DNA from: Chara braunii
Taxonomy: Eukaryota; Plantae; Charophyceae
DNA: 64,000 nt
Reading direction: 5' to 3'
NCBI GenBank assembly: GCA_003427395.1
Contig: BFEA01000003.1
Coordinates: 1,969,971-2,033,970 of the forward strand
In this document: piece by piece, positions 62,068-64,000 of the stretch
Position numbering within the stretch: position 1 is the stretch's first letter
Layout of the letters: each line of letters starts with the position of its first letter
The notes under the pieces: model-generated
What the model saw: only the letters and a program-made list of their open reading frames with translations
What the model was told of the DNA's origin: nothing
Databases searched by the model: none
Made by a program: the position numbers and the translations under genes

Positions 62068-63628
62068 ACAACGAAAAATTTCCCATAATTAAATAACCAT
62101 TCTATAGTAAAATTACAATCTAAATTTCAAATTTTCATTCCATCTTAAAAAATGTCATTCAAAAATTTTCATCTTATTTGCAAACTTTCATTCCAAGAAT
62201 AGGGTATCCCTTCTTATTTGGACTGCATGCAAGAGATGGAATGAAAGTCTGGATGAGTTCATGAAATGTTTTAATTGGACTATCATTCTAAGTAAGGATT
62301 TTCAGTCATAAATAGGTTAATCCAATATAAATTAGAAGATATTTGTCGAAGTAGAATGAAAATTTAATTAAAACATTTCATAAACTCGTCCAGATTTTCA
62401 TTCCATCTTAAACAAATAGATGTAGTTGGAAGGGAAAGCTCATTTTTAGACGGGAACTTATCAAATAAAGCTGGAAATTTTAGAATTGGACGAACATTGA
62501 AATGATAATTTATAAATATGAAGGATTTTTTTTATGGAATGTTTTTTCAACTTCCATTTCTCGTGGATGTGTGAGACGATGCCTTTCTCTAACCCTCTGT
62601 GTAAATTTTGACTTCGACCTTGGCCGATCTTGTTGAGGTCATTTCAGATTTTCTTGTGAATCGTCTCGGATCTTCTGATTGTGGTATGTTGTGGAATGAA
62701 CTTTCGCGCTTCTCTCACCCCTCCGCAAGTAATCTTTGGATGCTAACTTAATTCAAATTTCGTCACTTTCTAGTATCCATTTTGCGCTTGGGTTGAAAAT
62801 GTCCATCATGCATGTTGCTGATTTGTCAGTTTTCGGATCTTGTGTGTGGGATGGTGTTTTTTTCTCCCTCGTCTACGTAATTTTTGCAAGTGGTGTCAGC
62901 CCTCTTTTGCCCATAACTATCTCGGGTTTGTGTTCTCTCAATGATTGGCTTGATTTCCCCCCCCAATTTCTGTTTTTATTACAGAGTTGGCAAAATCAGA
63001 TACGACGAATGTCTGTGAGCTTGGATTGATGCATGTGCCTTTGCCGATTCCTTGTTTCTATTTTTCTGAAAATTCGCACGGCCATCGAACCTCGATCAAT
63101 GCATGAATACCGAGTCTTGGACAACAGAAAAATTTCTTAGTTTGAAATAATTATTCTATAGTAAAATTACAATCTAAATTTTAAATTTTTATTCCATCTT
63201 AAAAAATGTCATTCCAATTTTAAAATTTTCATCTGACGTGCAAACTTTCATTCCAATAATAGGGTATTCCTTCTTATTTGGACCACATGCTAGAGATGGA
63301 ATGAAAGTCTGGATGAGTTCATGAAATGTTTTAATTGGACTGTCATTCTAAGTAAGGATTTTCAGTCATAAATATGTTAATACAATCTAAATTAGAATAT
63401 ATTTCATGTAATAGAATGAAAATTTAATTAAAATATTTCATAAACTCGTCCAGACTTTCATTCCATCTTGAACAAATAGATGTAGTTGGAAGGGAAAACT
63501 ATTTTTTAGACGGTAACTTATCAAATAAAACTGCGAATTTTAGAATTGGACGAACATTGAAATGATAATTTATAAATATGAAGCTTTTTTTTTTATGGAA
63601 TGTTTTTTCAACTTTCATTTCTCGTGGG
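62068..63628. repeat. Two ~500-bp AT-rich direct repeats (62068-62566, 63121-63628), each internally palindromic
   Basis: TTCTATAGTAAAATTACAATCTAAATTT...AGATGGAATGAAAGTCTGGATGAGTTCATGAAATG...CATTTCTCGTGG occurs twice. Confidence 0.9.
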
Positions 63629-64000
63629 AATTTTTCTGTTGGGGGAACGCGTCTCTTGATAGCAATAGGACTGATCGACTGACCATTGTCTGTGTAATTT
63701 TTGTTGGTCGTGTACATACGAAACGACGGATACTTGGGTCTATTGAAGGGGGATACGAGAGACGTGTATATCAGATGATTGAACGTAATAAACAAGCGGT
63801 GCCCTCCCCTGAGAACACCTAACAAACCTCACTTCCTTGGAAAGCCCACAAGTCTTGCGCACGTGCGTGTAAGCCCGACCCCGAGGGCTGTTGCTTACAC
63901 ACGTGTCTGCAAAACCTACCCGCGACCCGCTTCCCAAATGACTGAGGTTGCGATGTTCCACAATGTAAATATTGAGACTCCGTTCCACATTACCGATTGT

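Overview
Gene-poor, repeat-rich eukaryotic DNA with abundant (GA)n/(CA)n/(TA)n microsatellites and several N gaps. Plant-type eIF4A, PLMT and U2 sequences suggest a streptophyte, most plausibly a charophyte alga such as Chara (inference). The one intact gene is a 4-coding-exon eIF4A (40321-46585, +, 413 aa). Other content: a frameshifted PLMT terminal exon, a decayed L1-like LINE with a nested insertion, a PIF/Harbinger transposase remnant, many MITEs (hAT-, Tc1/mariner- and TTAA-type, foldbacks), a tRNA-derived SINE, a truncated U2 retrocopy, an LSU rRNA fragment and several tandem arrays. The most interesting signal is a dispersed, 5'-truncated short repeat, often inserted in (TA)n. Its longest copy (12346-12608) holds a type III hammerhead ribozyme fold, preceded by a G:U-rich antisense arm that can sequester the ribozyme in a rod, as in viroids and retrozymes. 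A second candidate is an ~860-nt imperfect rod-like foldback at 18632-19497. Most ORFs in the supplied track are microsatellite or repeat noise.
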